The notes under the pieces are model-generated. The model did not search any database and had not been told where the DNA came from. It saw nothing but the letters and a program-made list of their open reading frames with translations. Positions 51,404 to 61,158 of a DNA stretch of 64,000 nt are shown here, in pieces; positions within the stretch are counted from its first letter, which is position 1, and each line of letters opens with the position of its first letter. The stretch is from Minisyncoccota bacterium (GTDB taxonomy: Bacteria > Patescibacteriota > Minisyncoccia > JAHIHE01 > JAGLIN01). A program made the position numbers and the translations under genes. The stretch covers positions 1,854 to 65,853 of the forward strand of contig JBAZUT010000001.1 of NCBI GenBank assembly GCA_041661265.1. Direction: 5' to 3'.

Positions 51404-52159
51404 TTAATCCGCGTTCCAAATATGATCCGCGCTGACCGCATCGATAGCGGTGTGCGCGAGTGAATCTATATGATCTATACTGCGCCGGTTGTATACTCCG
51501 ATCACTCCTCCGCGCGATCCGCGTTCGCACGACCTGCGAGATCCGATCCTGAATTCTCTCCTTCCGAATTTCCAGATCCTCTTGGCAAGATCAATGCCGA
51601 AAAACCCATCATCATATTCCTCCATGGCTTCCTTCACGGAAACGACTTGGACACAGCAGGTGTTATCGGCATATTTCATGACGACCAATTCCTTCATTGA
51701 AATAGCATTCTCTTTGCGTATTGCCGTGAGCGTCTTGCAAAATAGCTCCTTGGGCAGCGACGTATCCTGGCCCTGCGAATCCGCTTCATGTGTTATGGTT
51801 TTTTTCCCGGTCGAAAGAAGCGCCTCCATCGCATCCGGATTGTCCCTGTATTTGGACCTCATCGCCCTTGCGATAAGCTCATGATGCGCATCGGAATCAT
51901 AGACGATTCTCTTGCCCCGCCAATAAACGAAATCATTCTTGGCGCTGGCGCCAAGAAGCCTCGCTTCAAGCGGTGTAGCTTTCATGATGAGAGACCTCAT
52001 CGGATCGCCTTCAGGAAACTTCAGCCACTCTATGAATATATCCACGCGGGGCATCCATTCGCGTCCGATCCAGAACCGGTGAGCCGAAGAATTATCCAAT
52101 ATTCTTTCTATTGGATCCTCCGAACTGCTATTCACGTTTACTATTCCTTCATTTTTCAA
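51404..52159 (-). CDS. NADAR/YbiA-like protein
   Basis: EAR.LG...MRSKY...P.....LLSTG...ITHE. Confidence 0.55.
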   Translation of the reverse strand: MKNEGIVNVNSSSEDPIERILDNSSAHRFWIGREWMPRVDIFIEWLKFPEGDPMRSLIMKATPLEARLLGASAKNDFVYWRGKRIVYDSDAHHELIARAMRSKYRDNPDAMEALLSTGKKTITHEADSQGQDTSLPKELFCKTLTAIRKENAISMKELVVMKYADNTCCVQVVSVKEAMEEYDDGFFGIDLAKRIWKFGRREFRIGSRRSCERGSRGGVIGVYNRRSIDHIDSLAHTAIDAVSADHIWNAD

Positions 52160-52378
52160 TCTTTACACCTCCATTTATTTCCGATCAAAACGGCATGTTT
52201 TGATCTCTGATTCTAGCACGACCGAACATTAAGTCAAATCCGGATTAGCCGATTCTGCAGCCTGCTCCTCCAAAAAACCGATAATGTCCATAAGAAAGGC
52301 TAGAACTTATTGCATAAAAAGCTATTTATTGTAGAATTAAGTTAGATCCGTCCCGGTTCACTTGCCTAACATAAATAC

Positions 52379-52777
52379 ATGAAAAATATGGAAACTTTAC
52401 ACGCAGAAAAAGAAACTGAAAATAATGAGACGAAAGATGAGATCGATAATGCCAATGAAGCGAAAGTTTTTCCAAACGAAACCAAAATGGCAGAAAAATT
52501 AAGTTCTGATGAAGATCTCGAGGGTGCGAAAATATTCGATGTAAAAAATAATATATCTAAAGAGGCAGCTCCGGTTGTTGCTTCCATGGAAGATGCAGAA
52601 AACACAGTGATCGGAAATGAGGAAGGATATAGACAGGACACAGATAAAAAGATCCGGGAGGCACGAGAAACACTTAGCTCTCTTTTTGATAATGCCGGCG
52701 AAGATACGGAGAAACTTGGAAATGGCAAAGAAAAAAAACGGCCCGTTCCAAACGCAGACATTTTGGATGCTGAATAA
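52379..52777 (+). CDS. Acidic low-complexity hypothetical protein
   Basis: E/K/N-rich ORF. Confidence 0.55.
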   Translation: MKNMETLHAEKETENNETKDEIDNANEAKVFPNETKMAEKLSSDEDLEGAKIFDVKNNISKEAAPVVASMEDAENTVIGNEEGYRQDTDKKIREARETLSSLFDNAGEDTEKLGNGKEKKRPVPNADILDAE

Positions 52778-52856
52778 GACCTATCTTGGCGCAAGAAACA
52801 TCCGCTATTGACAAATAACGTTTTTTATGATATTATATGAGCAGAGGTATAATTTA

Positions 52857-52973
52857 ATGGAAACATACGAATATGGCGATAGAGTATTAGAGATCGGTTC
52901 AGTGATCAGCATGTTAATGTGCATTGCAATAATGGCAGTACTATACTACTCCTCACACCCTATCCACATATAA
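52857..52973 (+). CDS. 38-aa single-TM peptide (METYEYGDRVLEIGSVISMLMCIAIMAVLYYSSHPIHI)
   Basis: TTGACA-17-TATTAT at 52808-52836, GAGGT RBS, hairpin plus T-run after the stop. Confidence 0.55.
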   Translation: METYEYGDRVLEIGSVISMLMCIAIMAVLYYSSHPIHI

Positions 52974-53100
52974 ACACAAATAAAATGACTTACGATGTAA
53001 GCCTTATTTTTTTATGCGTTTAACAAAAAAGATCATGCCCGGAGCATGATCTTTTGATATTTCAGCATTACTAAACTGTGATAGCGTAATGCGGGAACCG

Positions 53101-53799
53101 CTACTTTTTCATTTCGATCCTCTTCAGATAGACCAGGCCATCTTCATATGGCTCAGCTTTCAGGATGAAGGAAAATCTGTCCAAGGCGATACAAAGATGA
53201 AAATCCCCTTCCGGATGGGATTCGATCTTGGGATCAAAAAAGTGCTTCGCAAAGCCGGCCGTTTTTAAATGTTCTACGATCGCACCAAAATCATTGGGTT
53301 CTCCGAGCAGGGCATTCCTGATGTATCGCGCGCATACTGCGTCTTCATCCAGAATGGTTTCATTGGCCGTTCCAGTGCAGACCAGCGAAATATTTTCAGG
53401 ATTTTTTGATCTTATATATTCGATAATTGCCGCCACATTCACAAAGCTTCCCGTGATGATCTCTGCAGCATTGATAGCATTGGCCATCCCGTTCGTTCCA
53501 TTGGCTGTGGTGTGCACGACTGTCCTGCCGCCAAAATCAACGCCCTGGATCTCGAAAGGAGAATTTCCAAAATCAAAACCTGGCTGGATGGCCCCGTCGC
53601 GTTCACCCATTAAAATAAAATCGGGATTTTCTTTTTTCAATCTGTAGGCAAGTTCTATGTCTCCTACCGGGATGATCCTCTCTGCGCCCTGGGCAACAAC
53701 ATAGCAAGCCGTAGAAAAAGCGCGGAAAACATCAATGATTACCGCGAGACCCCTCGCTTTTTTTGCGCCCTCGATATTCTGCAATATTTCTATTTCCAT
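53101..53799 (-). CDS. comB: 2-phosphosulfolactate phosphatase family protein
   Basis: VIIDVFRAFST, GERDG...GFDFGNSP, TTANGT, EDAVCA. Confidence 0.9.
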   Translation of the reverse strand: MEIEILQNIEGAKKARGLAVIIDVFRAFSTACYVVAQGAERIIPVGDIELAYRLKKENPDFILMGERDGAIQPGFDFGNSPFEIQGVDFGGRTVVHTTANGTNGMANAINAAEIITGSFVNVAAIIEYIRSKNPENISLVCTGTANETILDEDAVCARYIRNALLGEPNDFGAIVEHLKTAGFAKHFFDPKIESHPEGDFHLCIALDRFSFILKAEPYEDGLVYLKRIEMKK

Positions 53800-53811
53800 A
53801 GATTTCTTCAG

Positions 53812-54645
53812 TTATATTTCTGTTATTTTCGCTCCCGCTGCCAGCGTTCTTTCGTCCATATTATAAATGGCATCGAGAAACGCGACTTTGAAACTGGCGG
53901 GACCTTCGATCTTTTTTTTCACTGCCAATTCCGCAGCGAGGCCGAAACAGGCCAGAGCGCCCGCGCTTGCGAGAGCTTGATCGTGATCAACGGCGCAAAA
54001 TGCTGCAACTGCCGTAGTGGACATGCATCCCGTACCCGTGATCCTGGGCAGCCAGGAATTTCCATTGTCGACGACATAAACTATCTTGCCGTCGGAAACG
54101 ATATCCCTCTTTCCTGTCGCAATAACGGTAGCCTTTGTTTTCGCTGCATATTTTTTCACCGCAGATACAAGATCGATCGAACTGCCGACGCTTTCCACTC
54201 CCCTGACCTTTCCTCCCGCTCCGCTCAAGATCCCGATCTCTCCGGCATTGCCTTTGATGACCGAAATATGCAATTTTTCCATAAGCTGTTCACACGTTTT
54301 TGTCCGATATGACGTTGCCCCCGCTCCCACCGCATCAAGCACTATCGGGATCCCTTTTTTGTTGGCAACAGCGCCTGCCAAGAGCATCGCCTCGATCCAA
54401 TATTCCGTCAGAGTCCCGATATTCAAAACCAGAGCGCCCGCATTTTTTGTCATCTCTTCCATTTCTTCATGGGCATGAGCCATGACGGGAAGCGCTCCCA
54501 GAAAGAGCGTCACATTCGCCGTGTCGTTCATCACCACAAGATTAGTGATGTGATGTATGAGCGGTTTTTGTTTTTTTATCTCGCCCAATAATTCCGAAAC
54601 CCGGGTATTTATTTTATCCACGTTGTTGTTTGTTATTTTTAACAT
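53812..54645 (-). CDS. thiM: Hydroxyethylthiazole kinase
   Basis: PLIHHITN.V..N..AN..L..GA.PVMA, NIGTL, KGNAGEI, TGTGC. Confidence 0.95.
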   Translation of the reverse strand: MLKITNNNVDKINTRVSELLGEIKKQKPLIHHITNLVVMNDTANVTLFLGALPVMAHAHEEMEEMTKNAGALVLNIGTLTEYWIEAMLLAGAVANKKGIPIVLDAVGAGATSYRTKTCEQLMEKLHISVIKGNAGEIGILSGAGGKVRGVESVGSSIDLVSAVKKYAAKTKATVIATGKRDIVSDGKIVYVVDNGNSWLPRITGTGCMSTTAVAAFCAVDHDQALASAGALACFGLAAELAVKKKIEGPASFKVAFLDAIYNMDERTLAAGAKITEI

Positions 54646-55270
54646 TTATGAATATTTTCAAGAGTTCTTCGGCCGCCCGCTTCGGGTCCCTGGCCGGCAT
54701 GATCGCTGAGACAACCGCAACGCCATCGGCTATTTTCGCGACTTCTCCGGCATTTTTCATATTGATGCCTCCGATCGCAACCACAGGAATTGAAACCGCA
54801 TTCTTTATGTTCTTCAATCCCTCCAGACCGATGGCGGGAGAAGCATCCGGTTTTGTCGAGGTCGGGAAAATAGGACCTGCGCCGATATAGTCCGCTCCAT
54901 CTTTTTCGGCCCTGATCGCCTCTTCAACGCTGCTTGCCGACACGCCGAGGATCATCGCATCCCCGATCATTTCTTTCGCCTTCAGAGCCGGCATGTCTTT
55001 CTGTCCCAAATGGATCCCTTGGGCGCCGATCGCCATGGCAGCTTTGATGTTGTCATTAATGATAAGCGGAATTTTCCCCTGCGTTATTTTCATCAATTCT
55101 TTCCCGACAGCGATCAATTCTTCATCGCTGGCATCCTTGTCCCGAAGCTGTATGATCGTTGCTCCGCCCAAGACAGCCCGTCTCACAACATCAGTTATCA
55201 ACCTTGATCCGGCCAGCTTCCTGTCGGTTATGACATAAAGGCTAAAACCAAGATTATTTTTCATCTTCAT
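54614..55270 (-). CDS. thiE: Thiamine-phosphate synthase
   Basis: LYVITD, QLRDK, INDN, HLGQKD, GPIFPTSTK, AIGGI. Confidence 0.95.
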   Translation of the reverse strand: MKMKNNLGFSLYVITDRKLAGSRLITDVVRRAVLGGATIIQLRDKDASDEELIAVGKELMKITQGKIPLIINDNIKAAMAIGAQGIHLGQKDMPALKAKEMIGDAMILGVSASSVEEAIRAEKDGADYIGAGPIFPTSTKPDASPAIGLEGLKNIKNAVSIPVVAIGGINMKNAGEVAKIADGVAVVSAIMPARDPKRAAEELLKIFINVKNNKQQRG

Positions 55271-55374
55271 GTGAAAATACATATTAATATAAATATATCG
55301 CAATATAAGTAGAATCTAAAATGCTTTATTGTTTCATCTTATAATTTATTTCTGTTGAAACAGTTATTAATCGG

Positions 55375-55506
55375 GCCATTGCGAGCGACCAGAAGGAGCG
55401 TGGCAATCCCTTATCCAAGCCATAAATACGAGATTGCGGAGTTTACCCTGAGTAAGCTCGAAGGGTCGTACCTCCCTGTCTACCGGTCAGGCAGGCTCGC
55501 AATGAC
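55375..55506. repeat. REP-like composite palindromic element
   Basis: CATTGCGAGC...GTGGCAATC...GATTGC...GCTCGCAATG nested inverted repeats. Confidence 0.6.
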
Positions 55507-55558
55507 AAGCAGAATTAGCACTATTTCATCATAAACTAATTAATATATTCACTGAAAC

Positions 55559-56017
55559 CTAATGGCGTTCCCTTAGATCTATCAAATGTTGATATTGCCA
55601 ATTGCGTTCCTTGGCTATGGCATCGTTGGAATCCGTGGCTCTACAAATAGCCTGCTGAGCATAAATTGCTGAACCGATAGAATGTCTGGGAACATGCGCG
55701 GTCGCAACCGCCTGGCCGCAAGCTCGGGCAGCAGAGCGGGCCGCATCATCCTCCCCCGCTTCACGAGCGGCGGCATGAGAGTCAAGCGAAGCTTTGCGAA
55801 TAACCGCCATTTTGAATATTCCCGTATTTATCCATTCCTGGAGTGTTTCCAGAGCTTGCCGGGGACGACGGTCTTGGGGATGTTTTTTCTCAAAATATGG
55901 CAAAATGCGCTTGGCGCAATCGATCGCCCAAACAGCCAAAGTTTTCTTCTCGGTTTTTTTCACAAGCTCTAAAGTTGCCTCGTCCCTGAACGAAACTAAG
56001 GACCTTGGTCTTTTCAT
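55559..56017 (-). CDS. Imm5-like putative immunity protein
   Basis: LAVWAIDCA.R.LPYFE...D.RPR.A...W...AARACGQAVATAHV..H. Confidence 0.8.
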   Translation of the reverse strand: MKRPRSLVSFRDEATLELVKKTEKKTLAVWAIDCAKRILPYFEKKHPQDRRPRQALETLQEWINTGIFKMAVIRKASLDSHAAAREAGEDDAARSAARACGQAVATAHVPRHSIGSAIYAQQAICRATDSNDAIAKERNWQYQHLIDLRERH

Positions 56018-56059
56018 ATTTTTAAAATTATAGGGGATCAGACGCCAATCGTCAACTCT

Positions 56060-56674
56060 TTAGTTCCACGGACTCAAAAATTCCCACAAAGACGCGATCA
56101 AAAATATCGGCAGCACAAGACAATAGATCCACAAAATATCCCGCAGCGCTTCCCTGGGAATCCCGAACCACATAAATCCTGCGTTTTTGAGCCGCGAACG
56201 GAACATGGAGAGGCCCGCCTGGATGCCCGCTCCGGCAGCAAGCGAATATGCGAGGAGTTGCATAAACACGACGGAAAAATAATAGAAAGCCTGCTTCGGA
56301 TGAATCAACCGGCTTATATGATCAGAATCAACTGAAACAATTCCCCCGACCCATCCTCTATATGCAACCACAGGATAGGGAAAAATAATCCCGAACCCTC
56401 CCAAAGTATCAGCCGCCGCCCCGATAGAATTACCGCCAAAATCAGCCAGCCCTTTTGATAGTTGACTCTTCTGATTCAAGATGACGCCGGCATGAGCTTT
56501 CGCCACCAAATTATCCCGATATGACAAAGCAAACTGGTTTCCCGAATGTACCATGACAATTCCAATCGCAACAGAAACAAAATATGTTGCTGCCACAGTG
56601 AGAATGGGAATTTTTGCCCGCCAGAGTGCGGATCTTATCTGAGTGATTATCATATTGTTTAATAACTCATGCAT
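56060..56674 (-). CDS. Membrane protein (SpoIIM-like)
   Basis: Several TM segments, ...ASLWEFL end. Confidence 0.6.
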   Translation of the reverse strand: MHELLNNMIITQIRSALWRAKIPILTVAATYFVSVAIGIVMVHSGNQFALSYRDNLVAKAHAGVILNQKSQLSKGLADFGGNSIGAAADTLGGFGIIFPYPVVAYRGWVGGIVSVDSDHISRLIHPKQAFYYFSVVFMQLLAYSLAAGAGIQAGLSMFRSRLKNAGFMWFGIPREALRDILWIYCLVLPIFLIASLWEFLSPWN

Positions 56675-56710
56675 TAGAATGTCCAGCTCCTTAGATTGTA
56701 ACCAACCACC

Positions 56711-57088
56711 CTACCCCCCTTTCCCGAATTGGGCTGATTCCCAGCTATGCCCCAATTCAGCAAGTATTAGCCATACCCTAACTTCACCAAACAATGCATC
56801 CTTTTTTTGAAGATACTTGGCGATGTTCAAACATATTTGGTCTTGTCTTTCTACCCGATCCTTAAAAGAGTGAGCCGTTATTTCAATTTCTACATCACCG
56901 ATCATTCCCTCACCGCTAACATTAACGAGACGAATACTTACTTCTTCCGGTTTAAGCTTAATATCATTACAAGTTAATTCTTGAGCAATAAACTTTTTCA
57001 GATCATCTTTTAGTGAATTCGACATTAGCTGCCGACCAACGTCTTTTTGTTGACCTAAATCTTTATAAAAAATATTTACGGTTGGCAT
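56711..57088 (-). CDS. Tautomerase-like hypothetical protein
   Basis: N-terminal MP, EVSIRL...EITAH...RVE. Confidence 0.5.
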   Translation of the reverse strand: MPTVNIFYKDLGQQKDVGRQLMSNSLKDDLKKFIAQELTCNDIKLKPEEVSIRLVNVSGEGMIGDVEIEITAHSFKDRVERQDQICLNIAKYLQKKDALFGEVRVWLILAELGHSWESAQFGKGG

Positions 57089-57347
57089 AATAAATGATAT
57101 TTATGTTTATTTTAATTATTTTATAATTAATTCTTAAAACAAAAAACTTATCCCTTCTAAATTAACCACATTAAAACTCTTAGAGCGAATTTTATTATCT
57201 GAAAAATATATATCCAATTATACCCCCAACCAAACAGTTAACGGAATATTAGAAAAATAGAACAGAACATCAAACTCCTAATCTTTTAATTCAATCACCT
57301 CGAAATTTCCGCGGCGTCAGAAAAGGAATCCGGTACCTTTTAAATAT

Positions 57348-58454
57348 TTATATTCGTAGATCATTTATCCCCGCCAACTCTAATCCGCAAGCTGAAACTG
57401 CTCGTTTATAGCCATATAATTCATTTAAGGAACGATACCATTGATTTCTATATACAGCACGAGTAGCAACGGCGAGCATTTTCTTCTCTAAAGAATTGTC
57501 AAATAACTGTAAATATGGCAAAGCTTTTTCGATAAACTTAGAAGCGTAAATTTGCGATTCTTTAATAATTTCTCTTTCAACCATAATTTTGGCTATACTT
57601 TCAAGATCATTCTTTTGCGCTTTTTGATTACCAAAAGCTTTTTTGAACAACTCTTTTTCATTTTTACTTGCTTTTTCTAGAAATAAAATATTTATTATTG
57701 TATATCGACCATTTTTTATGTCTTCAAAATCTTTTATAATATCGCTTATATCATTGGTAACCATATAAGCTATACCGATATTTTCACCGAAATTTGATAA
57801 TGCATTAATTCTTTCATTACTGCCACCGGCGGCAATTCCACCAATTTTTAAAATATGCTCCCAATAATTATATGCATAAGTTCTTCTTTCGTAAACATCC
57901 ATAGAGGGTTCATTATTATGATTTTCAATAAAAAATCCTTCATAAATATCCTTTATAAAGCTAGATACAGTATTTAAAATATAATGTGTTTGTTGCTCAT
58001 TTAATTTTAATTTTTCTATTGATTCTCCAATTAAATCATAGGCTAAGCTAATAAGTATATGAGAGATTATAATTTTATCCTGTACATTTTGACGATTTTG
58101 ATAATATCCAGGATAATCAAAAATTTTGTCACAACAGTAATAAGAAAATTCTAACAAATCCATTGATGCTGCTATCGGTAAAAAATTTATTAAATCCTTA
58201 CCACCGCAAATCTCATATCCCAATCTTGCAATGTGAGATCTCATTTTTGGTTTACCAAGTCTTCCTATGGCTGCTTCGTATAGTTTTTTATAAATCTCGT
58301 CATTATTGCATATTCTGCCTTTCGACTTTTCAAAATAATTTAATATTATTGGATCTACGAGATTTGAAGTTTCCTCCATTATACGAAAATATTTATCAAG
58401 CAAAAGCATGATCTCTTTTCTTTCATCTTTTTTGGTTTTTTGACCTTGTTCCAT
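57348..58454 (-). CDS. Divergent trans-isoprenyl diphosphate synthase-fold protein
   Basis: K.MRS, AASMDLLE..YYCCDKIFD, FG..IGIAY..TNDISD....DIKNGRYT. Confidence 0.7.
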   Translation of the reverse strand: MEQGQKTKKDERKEIMLLLDKYFRIMEETSNLVDPIILNYFEKSKGRICNNDEIYKKLYEAAIGRLGKPKMRSHIARLGYEICGGKDLINFLPIAASMDLLEFSYYCCDKIFDYPGYYQNRQNVQDKIIISHILISLAYDLIGESIEKLKLNEQQTHYILNTVSSFIKDIYEGFFIENHNNEPSMDVYERRTYAYNYWEHILKIGGIAAGGSNERINALSNFGENIGIAYMVTNDISDIIKDFEDIKNGRYTIINILFLEKASKNEKELFKKAFGNQKAQKNDLESIAKIMVEREIIKESQIYASKFIEKALPYLQLFDNSLEKKMLAVATRAVYRNQWYRSLNELYGYKRAVSACGLELAGINDLRI

Positions 58455-58563
58455 ACATTTATATAACTTGCGGATGTTTAATTAAATCTCTGATTGAAAC
58501 CGCCTATACTTTAACGATTTTAATTTACAACTATTCCATTGTATTATTAGGTAAATAAAACAG

Positions 58564-59028
58564 CTATTCTGTCCCCAACTGAATAGTCAAAGGAATATTT
58601 GAAAAATAAGAAAGCACATCGAACTTTGAATCTTTTAATTCGATCATCTCGAAATTTACACGATCAATAAGCTTAAAATGCTCGTCATCTTTCAAATACT
58701 TTTCCTTGAAAGAATTGTAATCCCTGAGAGTAAAATCGGCGTCTCCGCGCTCCAGACGTGCTGGATCTGGCTTGCGAACTTTGAGAAGCCAAAGAGGCCC
58801 GGCAAGAGTTTGAAGCGGTTTATAAAATTTATAAAGAGGTCCAGTCGAGTTATCCTCCACAACATCACCAAGCTCAGAGGCTTCCCTGTTCAGCGCTTCA
58901 TATTCAGCCCTACTCTGACAAAAAATCGCCGAGTAGTTTACTTTTGTTGATTCATCCAATATATGAATTTTATTTAATTCTATTGTTCTTGGAATAATGT
59001 ATTCCAAGATTCCAGAAACTGTATTCAT
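58564..59028 (-). CDS. Hypothetical protein (YecM/VOC-like)
   Basis: NYSAIF...TGPLY...LKVRKPD....GDADF...F.MIEL. Confidence 0.6.
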   Translation of the reverse strand: MNTVSGILEYIIPRTIELNKIHILDESTKVNYSAIFCQSRAEYEALNREASELGDVVEDNSTGPLYKFYKPLQTLAGPLWLLKVRKPDPARLERGDADFTLRDYNSFKEKYLKDDEHFKLIDRVNFEMIELKDSKFDVLSYFSNIPLTIQLGTE

Positions 59029-59049
59029 AATAATTTGAAAAATGTGACT

Positions 59050-59790
59050 TTATCCAATCAGCACTTTGATAGCGGAAATTATAACAACAGTGCTGAAAAA
59101 AGCTTTTACCCATCTGTTCCCTTTCTTCACTGCGATATGAGCACCTAAATAACCGCCGATCAGCATTCCGATAAACAAAGGGATTCCTATCTGATAATCT
59201 ATTATACCATTAGCCATAAATATTATAACCGAGGCAACGGAAAAAATAGTGAAGGAAACCAGTTCGGTGGCATTCGCTTCGATCATCGGCAGTCCAAAAA
59301 AGAAAACAACGATACTGATCAAAATGGCGCCAAAGCCGCCAAAAAAACTGGCAATTATTGAAATTAGAAAATACAGGATATAGCCAACTATTTTATAATT
59401 TCTTGAAGTGGTTTTGTTTTCCAAACCAAAATCCTTTTTAAGAAAAATAGTCGGCACAAGAAGAAGGAGCAAGACTCCGGTCAGAGTTTTTAATGAAGCG
59501 GGATCAGCGGATAATAAGATTTTTGATCCGATCACGCTGGAAAAAATACCAGCGACGCTTAAACCAATGGCATATTTCCAAACTATTTTCTTTTCTTTTA
59601 TAAATTTATACAACCCGCCGATACTGAGCCCGATCCCGCCGAATTTGTTCGTCGCCAAAGTTATCTGCGGCGGAATGCCATAAAGCAGTAGGAGAGATAT
59701 CGAAAATAGTCCCCCTCCGCCGGCTACCGCTCCAACAAATCCGGAAAGGACACCGGCGAAAAAAATTGAAATTAATTGGACAAATATCAT
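59050..59790 (-). CDS. TauE/SafE family membrane protein
   Basis: SGFVGAVAGGGG...GIPP...LATNK...GGYLGA. Confidence 0.9.
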   Translation of the reverse strand: MIFVQLISIFFAGVLSGFVGAVAGGGGLFSISLLLLYGIPPQITLATNKFGGIGLSIGGLYKFIKEKKIVWKYAIGLSVAGIFSSVIGSKILLSADPASLKTLTGVLLLLLVPTIFLKKDFGLENKTTSRNYKIVGYILYFLISIIASFFGGFGAILISIVVFFFGLPMIEANATELVSFTIFSVASVIIFMANGIIDYQIGIPLFIGMLIGGYLGAHIAVKKGNRWVKAFFSTVVIISAIKVLIG

Positions 59791-59972
59791 TTAAATATTT
59801 TTATTGTTCGGAAAAGATATCGGGTTATTTTAGTTACATTTGGCCATCGGTACATAAAACTCCTTGAACCAATGATAGCTTAAACTATAGGAAAAATCAA
59901 CAAAAAAACCGCCTTAAAGCGGATTTTTACGGCTTGCTGACATTCCCTAAGTCTTTCTCATTCAAACCTCGC

Positions 59973-60296
59973 TTATTCAACCCAAACTGCTGTTCCATAG
60001 CAAAGCACTTCGGTCACTCCTGACATAATTTCATTCGCATCATAGCGGACTCCGACAATGGCATTCGCGCCCATTTCTTCCGCGTGCTTGACCATCAGAT
60101 CAAAAGCTTCCTGACGCGTTCTTTCGCATAAACTTGTGAACAGAGTGATATTCCCTCCGACGAGAGTATGAAGCGCGCCGCCAAGAGTTCCGAAAATCGA
60201 TCTGGATCTCACCGTGATCCCTTTCACCAAGCCGAAATTCTTAACTATTTTCTTGCCCGGCAATTCGAGCACCGTGGTGATATTGTTGTATTCCAT
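59973..60296 (-). CDS. YbjQ/UPF0145 family protein
   Basis: GLVKG..VRSR...GG......R.EA...M...A...GANAIVGVRYD...YGTAV. Confidence 0.95.
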   Translation of the reverse strand: MEYNNITTVLELPGKKIVKNFGLVKGITVRSRSIFGTLGGALHTLVGGNITLFTSLCERTRQEAFDLMVKHAEEMGANAIVGVRYDANEIMSGVTEVLCYGTAVWVE

Positions 60297-60391
60297 ATTT
60301 ATAAATATTATTTAATAAACAATACGATGTCCGTCCTTAAATTTCAAACTGTAAATTTAATACGTAAAATTAATCTAGTTTTTTTTAATCA

Positions 60392-60488
60392 AGCTCGCCT
60401 TCGCGAATCTACTGGCCTGGCTTCGCCGGAGGCTACGCCAAGGCGAGCGGACTGTGTCACGCCGTAGCTTCGCTTCGGCGAAGCGAAG
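60392..60488. repeat. REP-like palindromes abutting the left att site
   Basis: GCTCGCCTT...AAGGCGAGC stem and CTTCGCTTCG-g-CGAAGCGAAG hairpin. Confidence 0.65.
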
Positions 60489-60724
60489 GCGGTGTGCGTT
60501 CGAAAATATCCGAACCGATTTCAGCGAAAATTAAGCGGAGCGGGCAGAATTTTTACCCCGTAGCGAGCTCGCTCTGCTTCGGGGCACCCCCAAACCCCCC
60601 TTCCGCCCGCCCGCGGAGGCGACCATTTCAGATTGGACGATTTCAAGTTTTCTTTGGCGGCAAATTCTTTTAATTCGGAAAGTCGGGACTCAACGCTAAA
60701 AATTGTCGTTTTGTCCGGCATAAA

Positions 60725-61123
60725 CTATATTAATCTTATAAGAATAAAAGCTCCGATAATCCAATCATAGATCATACAAAAATAAATGTACCATTCCGGC
60801 ACTTTTGTTTTTACAATTTGAGATTCTCTGCGATGAATCGCATCCCATATCCCGTGCCAAAAATAACCGATAACGAGAACTAAAGGATTAATCCATAAAC
60901 CAGCGAGTATTAAGATAAAAAATAGCGTAATATTCGTTACTTCTATAATAATTTCTTTAGCGCCCCCGCTCAAAAAAGCATAACCAAAATAAACCGCAGC
61001 AATTCCCATAAGAACTACTGCAAAGAATTCTATTTCTTTTGGCTTTGAAAAAAACGAAGCAATAATAATCGTTATCAATGATAGAATTATTCCTAATATT
61101 AATCCTCTGTTTTTTTCACTCAT
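60725..61123 (-). CDS. Membrane protein (DUF6010-like), cargo
   Basis: GLWINPL...HGIWD..H...VPEWY..FC..YDW. Confidence 0.8.
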   Translation of the reverse strand: MSEKNRGLILGIILSLITIIIASFFSKPKEIEFFAVVLMGIAAVYFGYAFLSGGAKEIIIEVTNITLFFILILAGLWINPLVLVIGYFWHGIWDAIHRRESQIVKTKVPEWYIYFCMIYDWIIGAFILIRLI

Positions 61124-61158
61124 AGTTCATAAAATTTAATAGTTAATATTTATCATTT

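Noticed and set aside
55305-55555. TPP riboswitch upstream of thiE
   Set aside because: No convincing CTGAGA...CCTGA...GCGTAGGGA core on the minus strand; the structure matches the REP-like family seen elsewhere.
60521-60721. 66-aa ORF containing SELKEFAAKE
   Set aside because: By-product of the antisense patch and GC-rich repeat; it shifts out of recombinase homology after a 1-nt gap.
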